Positions 1 to 11,900 of a DNA stretch of 64,000 nt are shown here, one piece after another. The stretch is from Lingula anatina. Lineage: Eukaryota > Animalia > Brachiopoda. The position numbers and the translations under genes are program-made. The notes beneath the pieces were generated by a model. The model saw nothing but the letters and a program-made list of their open reading frames with translations, searched no databases and was not told the origin of the DNA. The stretch spans positions 25,778,225 through 25,842,224 of the forward strand of contig CM120640.1 in NCBI GenBank assembly GCA_051362555.1. The letters are read 5' to 3'. How positions within the stretch are numbered: position 1 is the first letter of the stretch; each line of letters starts with the position of its first letter.

Positions 1-212
1 TTATATGTACCCATCCCTACATTCAGTCCAATTGACAAAAATAGTGAAAAAGATGACAATTATTTGTGGTGGGCTCGGTTTTTTTATAAACTCTTCACAG
101 TTTATAGTTCATTTTAAAAACGGTTAAAAAAAACGCTTCTAGAGAGAATGGAAGAAACATTCGTTTCTCCTCTAACGCATCTGCTGTTGCTCATGTGACC
201 CTAGATTATGAA

Positions 213-222
213 CAAAATGGCG
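213..222 (+). promoter_or_regulatory. YY1-like motif CAAAATGGCG near the 5' end of the phosphoesterase gene
   Basis: Matches the AANATGGCG consensus; similar motifs at ~23406, ~34058, ~51750 (-) and ~51993, each near a gene 5' end. Confidence 0.35.
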
Positions 223-285
223 ACAGTAGTCCAAATGTGTTGGAATGACTTCCTGTGCTAAGTCTGATGCATTATCAGCGTGGGT

Positions 286-1456
286 ATGAAAAAAGTATTA
301 GTAAGGATGACAAAGTTATATGCCATATCTGATCTCCATGTGGATTACCATGACAACTGGGATATTATTGGAAAGTGGCATAAAGAAAAGTACGGGTCGC
401 ACTGCTTGTTATTGGCAGGCGACGTGTCGGACAATATAAACTTGTTGGAGAAGACTCTTCGGTTACTGAAAGAGAATTTCTTCAGAGTATTCTTTGTCCC
501 AGGTAAATGGGCAATGAAGCCTAGTCTCTCTCTCTCTCTCTCTCCTATCAGATTATATATCAGATATATACTGTCTGCAAACAGACAGTAGGCCTACATA
601 TCAGAATCGTCAATTGGAGTGCTAACGCATGAACTTTCGTGCTATCTCTCTCCCTACCCTGCGTTAATTCAATTCTTTATTTAATGTCGTTGGTAAATGC
701 CCTCACATTTTTTGTACTCCTATGTATGGTCTTGATTATTCTTCAGGCAATCATGACCTGTGGATTCGCAAACGAAGCAGCACCTCGGATTCCATTGATA
801 AATTCCATCAGATTTTAGACTTGTGTAGAACTGTCGGTGTTCTAACATACCCAGAGAAGATAGCGGATCAGTTCTGGGTTGTACCGCTTTTCTCGTGGTA
901 TACGACACCAGAAGAAAACGTCGAAGACTCCCTCTATGTAAGACCCACGCAATTTGTGGAAAATGCTGAAAAATCGAATCAAATCTGGATGGACAATCAC
1001 CTGTGTAAGTGGCCGAAGTTAGACCTCAAATCAAGATCTGAATATTTTACAAACATTAACAAGGAGAGAGTTGATAGGACTTACGATGCGCCAGTTATAT
1101 CTTTTAGTCACTTCTTACCACGAAAAGATCTTATTAAACCCGATGCAAGTGAAGAATGGTTATGTCAACAGGAACGGCTGTCCCTAGGATTGTCACCAAT
1201 TATCCCACCCGCTGAAGGGGGTGCCGTTGGGTTTAATTTCACACGATACGCCGGATGCACTACTCTGGAGTCACAGATTCGTAAGCTTGGTTCTGTATTG
1301 CATGTTCATGGACATCAGCACAGGAACCGCGACAGGGTCATTGACGGGGTGCGGTATGTTTCTCACTGCTTGGGTTATACCAGGGAACGCGAGCAAGGCC
1401 TTATGTGGGGATTACAAGAATGGGAAGCGGGCCCAAAGCAAGTGTGGCCACTGTAG
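286..1456 (+). CDS. Calcineurin-like metallophosphoesterase (resembles PptH-like phosphodiesterases); 2 exons: 286(or 307)-502, 747-1456
   Basis: Motifs ISDLHVD, LAGDV, VPG|NHDLW (joined across GT-AG intron 503-746), FSHFLP and HGHQH; the two ORFs splice in frame. Confidence 0.85.
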
Positions 1457-1956
1457 GCTGTTTTGTTTTGCAGTCCAGAAATGTATTTGAAGTAAAACAT
1501 TTTTCCAATCAGGGTTTGGAAAACAATCCTCGAATTATTAAGAAATGTACTTCTGCTAGGAAAGATATTTGCCGAATTTCTTCTGCAAAAGAACATAAAA
1601 AATGAAGAAAATAAAGAAATCACACAGCGACATTAAGATTCGTTCAAATGCATCAATTATATATTATGAACTATCTAAAAAGTAGGCCTTTTATACATTC
1701 ATCATAGACCGCAGACTGCATTGCATTATTGCTTAATGCCTATGATATGAATGTGGGATAATAAACATATTGTTTATGTCTGGTGTGTTTCTCTTTTTGA
1801 ATTAAAAAAATCAAAATAGATGCATGTAACCTGTAATATCTGACGATCCCCAGGAGTAAGAACCACGGGAGGGGTTTTTTTAACTACGCTAGTCATAAGG
1901 GGAATACATGTAGCTACATATTTTTCATAACAGCCTACCCCGACGTGCGTGCGATG

Positions 1957-1957
<1 letters not shown>

Positions 1958-1992
<35 letters not shown>
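1958..1992. repeat. (CA)n microsatellite
   Basis: Perfect dinucleotide run. Confidence 0.95.
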
Positions 1993-1994
<2 letters not shown>

Positions 1995-3611
1995 AAAAAT
2001 CGCATCCTATCCATCTGCTACGGAGGAGATTGTATCTTTTCTGGTGATGGTATTCCTTCTTCTTGGTGGACGAGATAGCTCAAATTTATGTTAAAAATTT
2101 TCATGAATTTATAAGTAGGTTTGAGCTACTCAGTAAGTAACGCTATGTGCATGAAGGTTCCCTTAAACAGCGTTGAACATGTATATCAATCGAAGCAGAA
2201 TAGCATTATATCAGGATGAGTATTAAAAACCCGAATATTAGCATGAACTTCTGAAGTCGGTCAAACATAATCCTGATTTGTCTATACGAGGGTCGTGAGC
2301 GTTTCAACTTTCGTAGGTCCTTGTTTTTGATTTCCTAAATCGGAGTGATATTATATCTTGAAGTTCGTCTTTCGCATGTTTTGTCTATTTTCAAATAATT
2401 CGTATTGCGGTGTCTTGAGTTCTACTTTTCTCCCAGGTTAGACCATAAATGATTTATTGACCCCAGCCTTCTTTATTAGTTTTAATGTATTTCATTTTGA
2501 TATATGCAGGGAATTATATCGGATACAATTCCCTGATATTTGTAACATGAACATGAATTTGATTTTTATTTCCTCTACGAAATGAGAGCACGTGACAAAA
2601 ATATCCATCGAAAGCGCCTACAAAACGATAGCATCCACATTGATAAATAGGGACCCACTCTAAAGTTTGCATTATCTGTTCCATTTATGAGAAAAGATTC
2701 ATAATACATTCAGTAAATTGTCAAAATTGTTCTAACTCTACAACGTATCCCGTTATTTCCTATCAGTGCAACAGTCTTTATGTACATGTAACTCCCGTAG
2801 TGATTAGATACATGTAAGTATACGACTGAACGTGACGATTCGATTATTAAGAAAGGACGCTGAAAACAATGTGCACTCTGTTTGCACATTTGAAAGGACA
2901 TCTTCCATATTAAACTCCTTGACAACTATTAACTGATTACATGTATTTCTATTCATCTTCAGAATAGCACTTGTCGTTTCATACAAATAGAGAAGCTCTC
3001 CTCTCCGACTTATTTTTAAGCCATCAGCCTTCTTTGATTAATCTACTGAAGCATGCAATTTTGATTTGTTGACTTACGAATCAATGCGTTTCTGCCTCTT
3101 GATCCCCCAAATCGATTTAGGATCCTGCGTTGCTTGATCACCACGGAAACGGCTTCCGACATGAATATTTACGATTTTTGTATGAAATACTTTTCTTTCA
3201 TTGAAGGGAAATTAAAAGCTTTTGTGAAAATTGATCTTAGCTAGCTGTCGGGGTAGGCCTTTAGCTGGTGGTCTTAGCGTCATCTCCGCTTTCTAATTTC
3301 GAAAACGTTCAGCCATGCTAGTTTGGTGCCTAAAAATATAACACAGAATTCGTCTGTCCTATCTATTCTTCACGTGTGCCGGAATTACACATATATCTCA
3401 AACTGCTGTTTGACAAATAAAGTTGAAACTGAATTTAAGAAATTACATTGTTAAATAGAAAAAATAATGCAATAGAAAAAGCGAACGGTCAAAATGCACA
3501 AAAGACTTGTCTTCGTTCGAATAAATGGACAAACCCTGGCATAATTTTTTGAGTAAATGTGGACAAACGACGAGGCAATGCATTCAACCACCAATTTTAT
3601 TTGTTTTGCTC

Positions 3612-4028
3612 TGACGTAGTGCTGTGACGTTGAAACTAATGGGTGTTGCATGCCGTATTGCAGGCCCTCTGTAGGCGATGTGCTCACGGGTACGTATATC
3701 TTAAGCGTACGTCAGATTAGACAATTGTTCTTGAGATTTTGAATTCGAGCTTTGCAAGCTTCGATCTGTAGGTTCATTTGGCGAACAACAGCAATCCCGA
3801 GAGGTGTTCAGCGCTCGCTGGGAGCAGGGAATTTTACGGGGCTAAAGTAAACACATCTTATTGGTTATAGACGTAAGCGGTAAAAGACCACTAAGCTGTC
3901 GTTGGGTTCGGTGTCGACTTTAATTAAGAACAGGAACTGACATCGAACGAGCGATAACTTCTAGCAAATTAACAAGCCTAAACCTCACCACGGAGACCAG
4001 AGATAGCTTCAAAAGGATTCGGAAGACA
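3612..4028 (+). promoter_or_regulatory. Putative VMAT promoter with CRE-like sites and a non-coding first exon
   Basis: TGACGTA 3612-3618, TGACGT 3625-3630, TACGTCA 3708-3714 in a CpG-richer patch; strong donor GTAAGT at 4029. Confidence 0.4.
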
Positions 4029-7000
4029 GTAAGTTGTGGCTTTGTTTTGTCTTATAAAAAGTGATATCCATGCGCTCAAAAAGTTCATGATATTATTCAT
4101 TTTTCTATTTGCTGTTGACGCGTTTGAAATCAGGAGAGAAACACCAAACCATTCACTGGGTTTTAAATGTACACAAAGTCAAATGATGTTTGATTCTTGA
4201 AGATAAAATTGCGTCTATGAAACTGAAAGATGCAATCTCATTTGAAGGATTGCCACTTTTTTTTACCCATAACCAGTTCTAAGACTTTTATCCACCCGAA
4301 TGGTGACGCCCACCTTGTTGTAAGACGGCGTGCTTGAAGCGAGTTTGTACTTTTACTACCAATGGAAAGGCAAAGACCATCACGATCGACGCAGCATGAA
4401 AAGTTGGTTCCATATCCATATATCTGAATGAAGAATCTTCAAACTATTTATGTTGTAATAAATCCAAACGATGATTTCCATTGCATGCAGCTTTAGCGAG
4501 AAGTCTTCAACCAGAAATCACAAGTTAATTGTTTTTGACACAAGTTTGAGTAACGGTGACTATTCTGGTTTTATGAAATTATTCGCAGAAATAAGTTGAG
4601 TGAATCAGATCCTTTTTTATTTAGGCTATTACAGCAGTAACTGTTACATACACATTTCGTCTTTGTCAGCGCACACAAGTGGATTAAGTATCAGGGTAAT
4701 TAAGCTTTGAATAGAATCGCAAGTTTGACAAGAATGCAACATTTCGCCTTTGAATGAATGATTGATTCATGCCATTTGGTCATTTGATGAAAGTAGTTGT
4801 GTAAGCGACATAGTAGTTCGTATTTTTTAAATCATTGCTGTACGTAGTGTTAGTTAATCGTGGTATCACGACAAAAATGTTTAAGACCAACATCGCAATA
4901 ACTAAGATTAGTCCCCAATTTCAAATTGCATCACGTGCAGCTAACATCTCGCAGCACGACCTATATTGTATAGAACATTTTACCTAGGCCAGTTACCTAA
5001 TGAAATGTCCTCACTGACGATATGGAAAGGGGGAATCCTTTTGCGGATAGTGAAACTAAACTGCCCACAAAGATATGAGAATGGCAGATATATAGGAATT
5101 GGAAAATCATTGCTTTAGCTAGCTTTGCTGTGTACATACCTAGCCAAAAAATTCATATAAACGCTATGGAGGCATTTTTAGATAAATGGCTATAATAGAC
5201 GGCTCCAAATAATATTTGGAAAGCAATTAAAAGTTGTGACATCAGAACAGTCTGGAAAGCAGTGACGCTTCGCATAATGTGCTCAAAGTATTGACTAACA
5301 TTCTTGCTTTACTTTGAAAAACAGCAATTAATAACTATCCCGTACAATTTTTTTCGCATAAAAGCCATTGCGAATGTAAACGCAGAATGACGAGAACAGC
5401 TTAAGAGACATCTTCATATCCACTAAATGTCCTATACAAGCACACTCCTACACAAACAAGGACAATGTTTTCATAATTGCCTCAAAATAGACAGCAATTC
5501 ACGATCTATAGATTTGACCAATCAAACGGTGGCAGAGTTTAGTTTTCAACTTCCCGGGTATAACAAACACGGTTAAAAATGAGGAAATTTCATGTATTCA
5601 CCAACTTTTATCCGGTTCAGGCGTTGGGAGTTATGAGAAAAGCAAACATTAACGTTAGAGATATTTGATCTCAATAAATAGCACTCTAATTGTATAAGAT
5701 CTAAAGTTAATCACTGCGAGGTATTGATCAAACCATGCACGGGTCTTAAGCCCGTCTGTTGCTATAATAAATGTCTAGTGCATTTTATATCGACGAGTAA
5801 TCAGCCTCAGAGCATTTATTGTTGTAAGATTTCTGTGTGAAGTGGAATAAAACCTCAGTCTTCGACGGACAAAATTTTTTCAATGTGCCTAATGAATAAT
5901 GTGCACTTGAGATAAAAATAGACAAATAAGATGGTCTTTTTTAAGGTTCTTCGATGCTGATTTGCAAAAATACCACTGTAAAGTATTATTGTGAACTATT
6001 ATGAACTAAGAAGAACTAAATGTTGTGTACTAAATCCCGATATTACTTTATACTTATAATATCTGGCCCCGATTTCAGTCAAAAGTTTCAAAGGAAACTG
6101 CATACCCGCATACGCCACTAGCATCTTGTTTATATGAAAATATATCTATACACATTGTTATTGAAGACAAATAGTATATAAAAAGTATGTATTACTTTAT
6201 CCGATTCCAAAATTTTAAAAATCAGTAGTAATTCAAGTAAATAATCGGCCAAGATGTTCGCCATTCATCTGGTTTCCATATTTCTCTTGACTTGATGTTA
6301 TGATAACTGGTTGAAGTGAACAATAATCAAGTCACTTAGTAGAGTGTGCTGAACGTGACGCAGCGGCAGGCGCCTGCCCACTCGGTTTCCATAAACGTAA
6401 AGCTTTCATTTTCTCATTGATCCCCTTGTAATAGCGTAGATATTGGTTTCTCGTCTGTTGTAATTAAAGCAATAACCTTTGGATATTACAAGCCATTAAA
6501 TCAGTTTGCAATAACGTATCCTGGTTTGTTAAACGTAATCAAACTTAAAGTCACGCAATCAAAGTTTTTTTTTTACAGAATTATTTGTAAGCAGATTTTT
6601 TTACTGATAATAAAATACTGATTAAGTAAATTTTGCTGACTCTGCCTTCGTCAGTCGAGAGGATGAATATCTCCTGAAGTTGACACGTCATTTGAAAAAC
6701 ATAACCGCTTTAAATCATTTTAATACTTTGATAAACAATTGTGCTACCACTGGGTACCACTCCTTAAGATACAAATGATGAATTTAAAAAGAGCTTCTGA
6801 GAAATTGAATGACGCAAAATTGTGACGTTTTGTGATTTTTAAACCTATATGATTTCCGTTTGGAAGGCGGGCTTGATAGTAACAGTAACTACCAAGGATG
6901 GGTTTATTTACACAAGCCCTCTTCACTAAAATAATGATTAAAACAATCAGTGTGCAAATTGGGCGGGCCAATATATATGCATTTATTGTGTGGATTCTCA

Positions 7001-7299
7001 ATTAGGCTAAATTCGGTGTTGAAGCCGCTAGAGGCGAATGTAAGCACGTGGTGGCATATAAGAGGAAGATATTAAGATTGTCTATGTGGCAGATTCTCTT
7101 GAAAGATGAGTGCAGTTTTAGTTTTTGTTTATGCGAGGGACATACCTCAATCTTTCTTAAATAGAGTACTAGGTGAAATCTCATTGATTAGTATGTTAAA
7201 GTCAAGTCGTGTTCCAATGATAGTCAGGTAGTTTCACTCGTCCTCCCTCGCTATGTTTAAATCTAACAGATTGTCAGTTTAGAATAATGATATATGTAA

Positions 7300-7494
7300 G
7301 ACCCCATTTCCATAGATTTTAGATCGATCTATCCCTGTGGGGAGTCTCACTAGATTACTGTCAGCTTAGCCGGCTTAAGCGTCTGTCCCGCCTACTGAAA
7401 GCTGTAAGGGGGTAATTAACTATGGAACGCGCTCGGCTGACTGTCGATCTAAATCTTAATCCCTGGATCGATCTAAATCTCTGGGAATACACCC
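7300..7494 (+). mobile_element. Tourist/PIF-Harbinger-like MITE, copy 1 (30-bp internal deletion)
   Basis: TAA on both flanks, imperfect TIRs (GACCCCATTTCCATAGATTT...AAATCTCTGGGAATACACCC), near-identical to 63627-63851. Confidence 0.85.
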
Positions 7495-7894
7495 TAAGTG
7501 TCGGGTACGGCGTGTTGAAGTATTCTGGTGGTGGTGTCTGTCGAGGAACAGTGGAATGCAATGCTCGTCATATGAAAATTATCATATTGATAAGAAAGTG
7601 CATAGCAATTCATATTAGGATCTGTGTTGTTTGACATAATTCCCTGTTTGGATGGTAAAATTCTGTTCAGAGTAATGGGTAGACTTAATTGTACCAAGTT
7701 GTTGGTGATCATGAGATTCCAACACAATCTGCTATAATATGCAGATGTTCCTGCATCACTGATTTCACAGGGGACGGGGGGGGGGGGGAATTACTCCGTA
7801 TAACTTCGATATCAGAATGCATGTCATATTAGCAAGCCCGTACATAGTGTTAATTACTAAGTTTTGCTTGAAAGCAGAGTGGGTAGATCCTCCC

Positions 7895-8280
7895 CAGCGT
7901 GGATTATGTGGGCCCAGTATATTCCCATAATTTTCGTCAGCAGAATTTTTGTTCTTATTTTCGTTGTGGGTTTGTGAGAGCTGCACAGGAACCTGTATAC
8001 ATTTGGAGCCGATGGTGAATGCTCTGTCAGGTGTAAAAATTCGCCTGTCTTTCAGATTTACCTTGAGAAGAGGACTATCAAATGTAGTGTACAGCGATAA
8101 TGCAAAAACTTTCTCCGGTGATCAGAGTGAGTAAAAAGAAGATATGTTCTGATCCCTTTGGCGGGATTCTTTAGTTGAGGACCAAGATACTGTCCCTGCC
8201 GAAATAGTGGGTAATTTATATGATAGAGGTAGAGAAAGCTTAAAACTTAATTTCTGACCCATTTGGTCTACTGAGCGCAG
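7895..8280 (+). mobile_element. Degenerate BEL/Pao LTR-retrotransposon integrase fragment
   Basis: Translated remnants VDYVGPVY, IHLE and RRGLSNVVYSDNAKTF match Pao integrase motifs (VDFAGP, VHLE, RRG.P..IYSDNA.TF); frames broken. Confidence 0.7.
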
Positions 8281-8961
8281 GATTTGTCATCTGAATGACA
8301 GATGTTTAGCACAAACATAGACCAACATACTTCCTAATCTGATTGAAAAAAGGTATGGTCTAATTAAAGAAACTGAACTATTTTGTAAATGCTTAAAAAT
8401 TGAAAAAAAAAATTAAAAACTATGAAACTCAAAGTCATCGACGACCGGCAATATTGCTGATGGCTGTTTTGTCAGTACATAGCTCTGTTCTTCAGAGGTC
8501 ATTGTTGAGGAAGTTCGCAAGCTCTGTAAATAAAACAACAGAGAAACCCGCTTGTGATACCCGCCATCAGCACCGCGGGCGGCGAAGGCTGTGGCAACAT
8601 GATTATCGGCGGCGAATTGAGATGGACATGCAAGTGCCACGATATTGATCAATACAAAGTAAAATATCTGGAATATCCCAATATGCACCAGGGACAGTGT
8701 TTCGAAACTTCGCGGGACGCATTATGACCCTGTTTGTTTATAATGCTTATAACGATAGGCACACGGCATGGTCTGTGTATTTAACATGGGTGTAATCGCA
8801 CTATATAAAATACTTATTACAGTGCGACTCGAATGGGTATTATATAACTGCCTTATTGTCTTGCCTTTTCAGGACTGAAGGTTTGTCACTGCATCTTAGA
8901 ACTGCCTGATTTGAGTCTCCCCAAAAATAAGACGCATCTTTTCTTTACCGCCGTCAGGAAA

Positions 8962-11900
8962 ATGACGCTAAATATTAAGGAGCAGCTGAGGAACTTTACA
9001 GTAAAGGATTGCTTCGCTAAATGCCGACAGTCACGAACCCTTGTACTGGTTGTGGTGTTTATAGCCATATTTCTTGACAACATGCTGCTGACAACAGTAG
9101 GTGAGTATCAAGTTTGAGCCAGTTTTCTTTCATTTTCATTTTCCCCTCATTCAATCTCACACCTTTATATTTTGATATTAATAGGCATTACATTTTGTTG
9201 CGATTTACCGTGATGATACTTATAATAATCCCAGAAAATTCGTGCATGAACATTTGACCTTATACCAGGTAGTTTACCAAAAAAGCGTTTCTTTGGCAAG
9301 AGAGTTTCATCTGTCACTTTTAGCATTATTAGTTTTACCTACCGCCCTCGGTATTGTATTTGCCCTCGAAGTCAAGACAAATGGTTTAATTCAAATACAT
9401 AACATTTGTAATCAATAATAGAAAAGGTCTATAACACCTCTAAAAACCAATTTTGTCCGTCTCCAAAATGTTAATCCATCAATCCAAACTATTATTGGCC
9501 TCACCATTGACATGTTAAGTGGAATGCCCGTTCAGATGCTGTTCTATTCATTTAATTTCATTGAGATAGTTTCTTTGAGTTTGCCATGCACTGTTCTTGG
9601 AAATACATGATGGGAATTTGATACCAGGCCATCTATGAAAACGAGGTATTGCGTGCAATTTGAAGGCACGTTTACAATGTGGGAAGTCCTGTATACTTAA
9701 ACGCGGCACGGAAAAAATTCTAGTGGATTCCTTTAAGGTTCTGAAATATAATAAATCTTATAATAATCGTACACCTGTCATATTTTGTCATTACCAATCC
9801 GCTCACACAGAACCGAAAGTTCAGCGAAATCCTTAAAATTTTTATAGATGTCCTTTATCAGAGGAACGACTTCCAAAAAAAGGGGGATATCTACACCCAA
9901 AATGTCTCTGACACCCCTGCAGGGTGTGAAGCTATTGGATTTTACGCAAATTTTAAAAATAATTCTCCAAACTAAAAACATCGCTATCCTTTCCAGAGAA
10001 ACTAGATATCCTATATCTCGTCTCACTGGTTGGAATTTCTTCTAGCAACTAGTCAATACAATATGGTTTTGCGTATTAAAATCAGCGCTGGAATAATAAC
10101 ATCCATTAGGGTTCATTCTGGGATTGTATGCCGTAGCAATAAAGACTGCAATTACATTCTTTGCTTATTGATTAATTGTGTTTGTGCAAGCAGTGAAGCT
10201 AAAATGTCAGATATCATCTTTTAAGGCAAAGTCTCAAAGACTCAAGGATAGGCGGCTAGATTAGGTATTTTGAGCAAAATTACCATTTAGATCAAACGCT
10301 AAGAGGAATTTTTATCCCAATCTTTAGTTCACCATAACACAGTCCACTAGTGTGAGGGATAACCTCAGTTTGCCAAGCATAATTTAGATCAATCCTATGC
10401 CTTACTGGAAATAACAAACGGTTAATATTCCTTTACATACGAAGCACTCCGTAAACTTCTTTTTTGTGTGTGTAAGACAGGCAATATTATTTTGGTTGAA
10501 TTTAAATTCTACTGCATATACACAAATAGATAGATAGGCCCTATTCCTGCCATATGACTAAGAATTCTTTTTTATTTTTCATTTCTTTCAGTGCCTATTA
10601 TTCCAAATTTCCTGTACCATTTGGATCATCCAGATTTAGTCGCAGCATCAAGGAACCTTTCTTCTATTAGGCACTCATTGAACATTAGCAGACAAGGCAA
10701 TGAGACCTATCAAAATGTCACGGTCCTTTATAAGAAACAGTGCACAGACCATAACGCAACCACGAGGTCTAATTTTACTTGGGATGACGTAGTGAAGCAT
10801 TATATTCCAAAGGCCAATCTACCAGATGAGTGCTACGAAATAAGATATTTAATGACTGTTTTGGCGGAAAATGCAACCAGTGTGGAGGACAATATCGACG
10901 TTGAGGCGGTCATGAATGCTACAGAGGAAGTGGCAAAAAAGCGACATTTGTATCTTGTAAACGAAAGTGTCAAAGTAGGATTACTGTTTGCTTCTAAGGC
11001 AGTTGTACAACTACTTACGAACCCATTCATTGGGCCTTTAACCAACAGGTGAGTTTCCGTTGACGTTATTACATATATGAATCCAGAATACTTATTTAAC
11101 ATATTGTTAATAAAACAATAAACACGTGAAGATCTACGTTTGGTAAATGCACCTGACACATAAGTTTGATGAAGGACCTTTTGTCATCATCTTCAGTTTT
11201 ACATGCACGTACATGCAGATGAAGTGAGTAGTAACACCCAAAATTCAAATGCGCTCTTGTGCACTCGGCGTGAAACTATATTGAAATCAAGTGGATAAAA
11301 ATCTTACCGGACTTTTTGATATTTAATAATTTTACATTTAAACATAGGCAACATACTACGTTGTGATATTTCTTCTCGTGCACATAAGTTTTAACTTAAA
11401 GCTGAAGTGATATATATCCCTAAGGCGTTCAGTTCAAAATTCACAGTCCAAAAACTCAATGTTTGCACTATATGGAGTGATTTGGGGATTTTACCTGTGG
11501 TGCGAGTAGGACTTTCTTAGAAGAGCTGATCAATCGATCAGCTTGTATACACTTGCGTGTACTGCTCTCAGTTTCTCTTCTGTCATGAAACATGTCTTTA
11601 TATCAGCAAATATCTTCTTAAACATCTGAAATAAGATTATTTTATTAAAGGAGCTCTCGGATAGGCAGACCCCAATTTTGTGACATTGGATTTTAAACAG
11701 AGTAATTGCAAGTCCAGACAAAATTTATTATGATTCAAACACAATATGTATTGTTGGCTCATCCTGACTGGAAGTGTAATTAATTTAACATAGGCACTGG
11801 CAGTCAGAAAGAATGCTATAATCTAAGAAACTAAAAACTTTGTAGAATCAAGTGCAATTTCGTTGAATTATGGGAGGCAATTTTCGAGAAATTAACATTT

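Noticed and set aside
2000-7250. Short ORFs and possible old transposon debris upstream of VMAT
   Set aside because: No recognisable protein motifs, TIRs or TSDs that I could support by eye
8566-8586. RE1/REST-like motif TCAGCACCGCGGGCGGCG upstream of VMAT
   Set aside because: The right half-site deviates from GGACAG, and REST/RE1 regulation is not established in this kind of invertebrate
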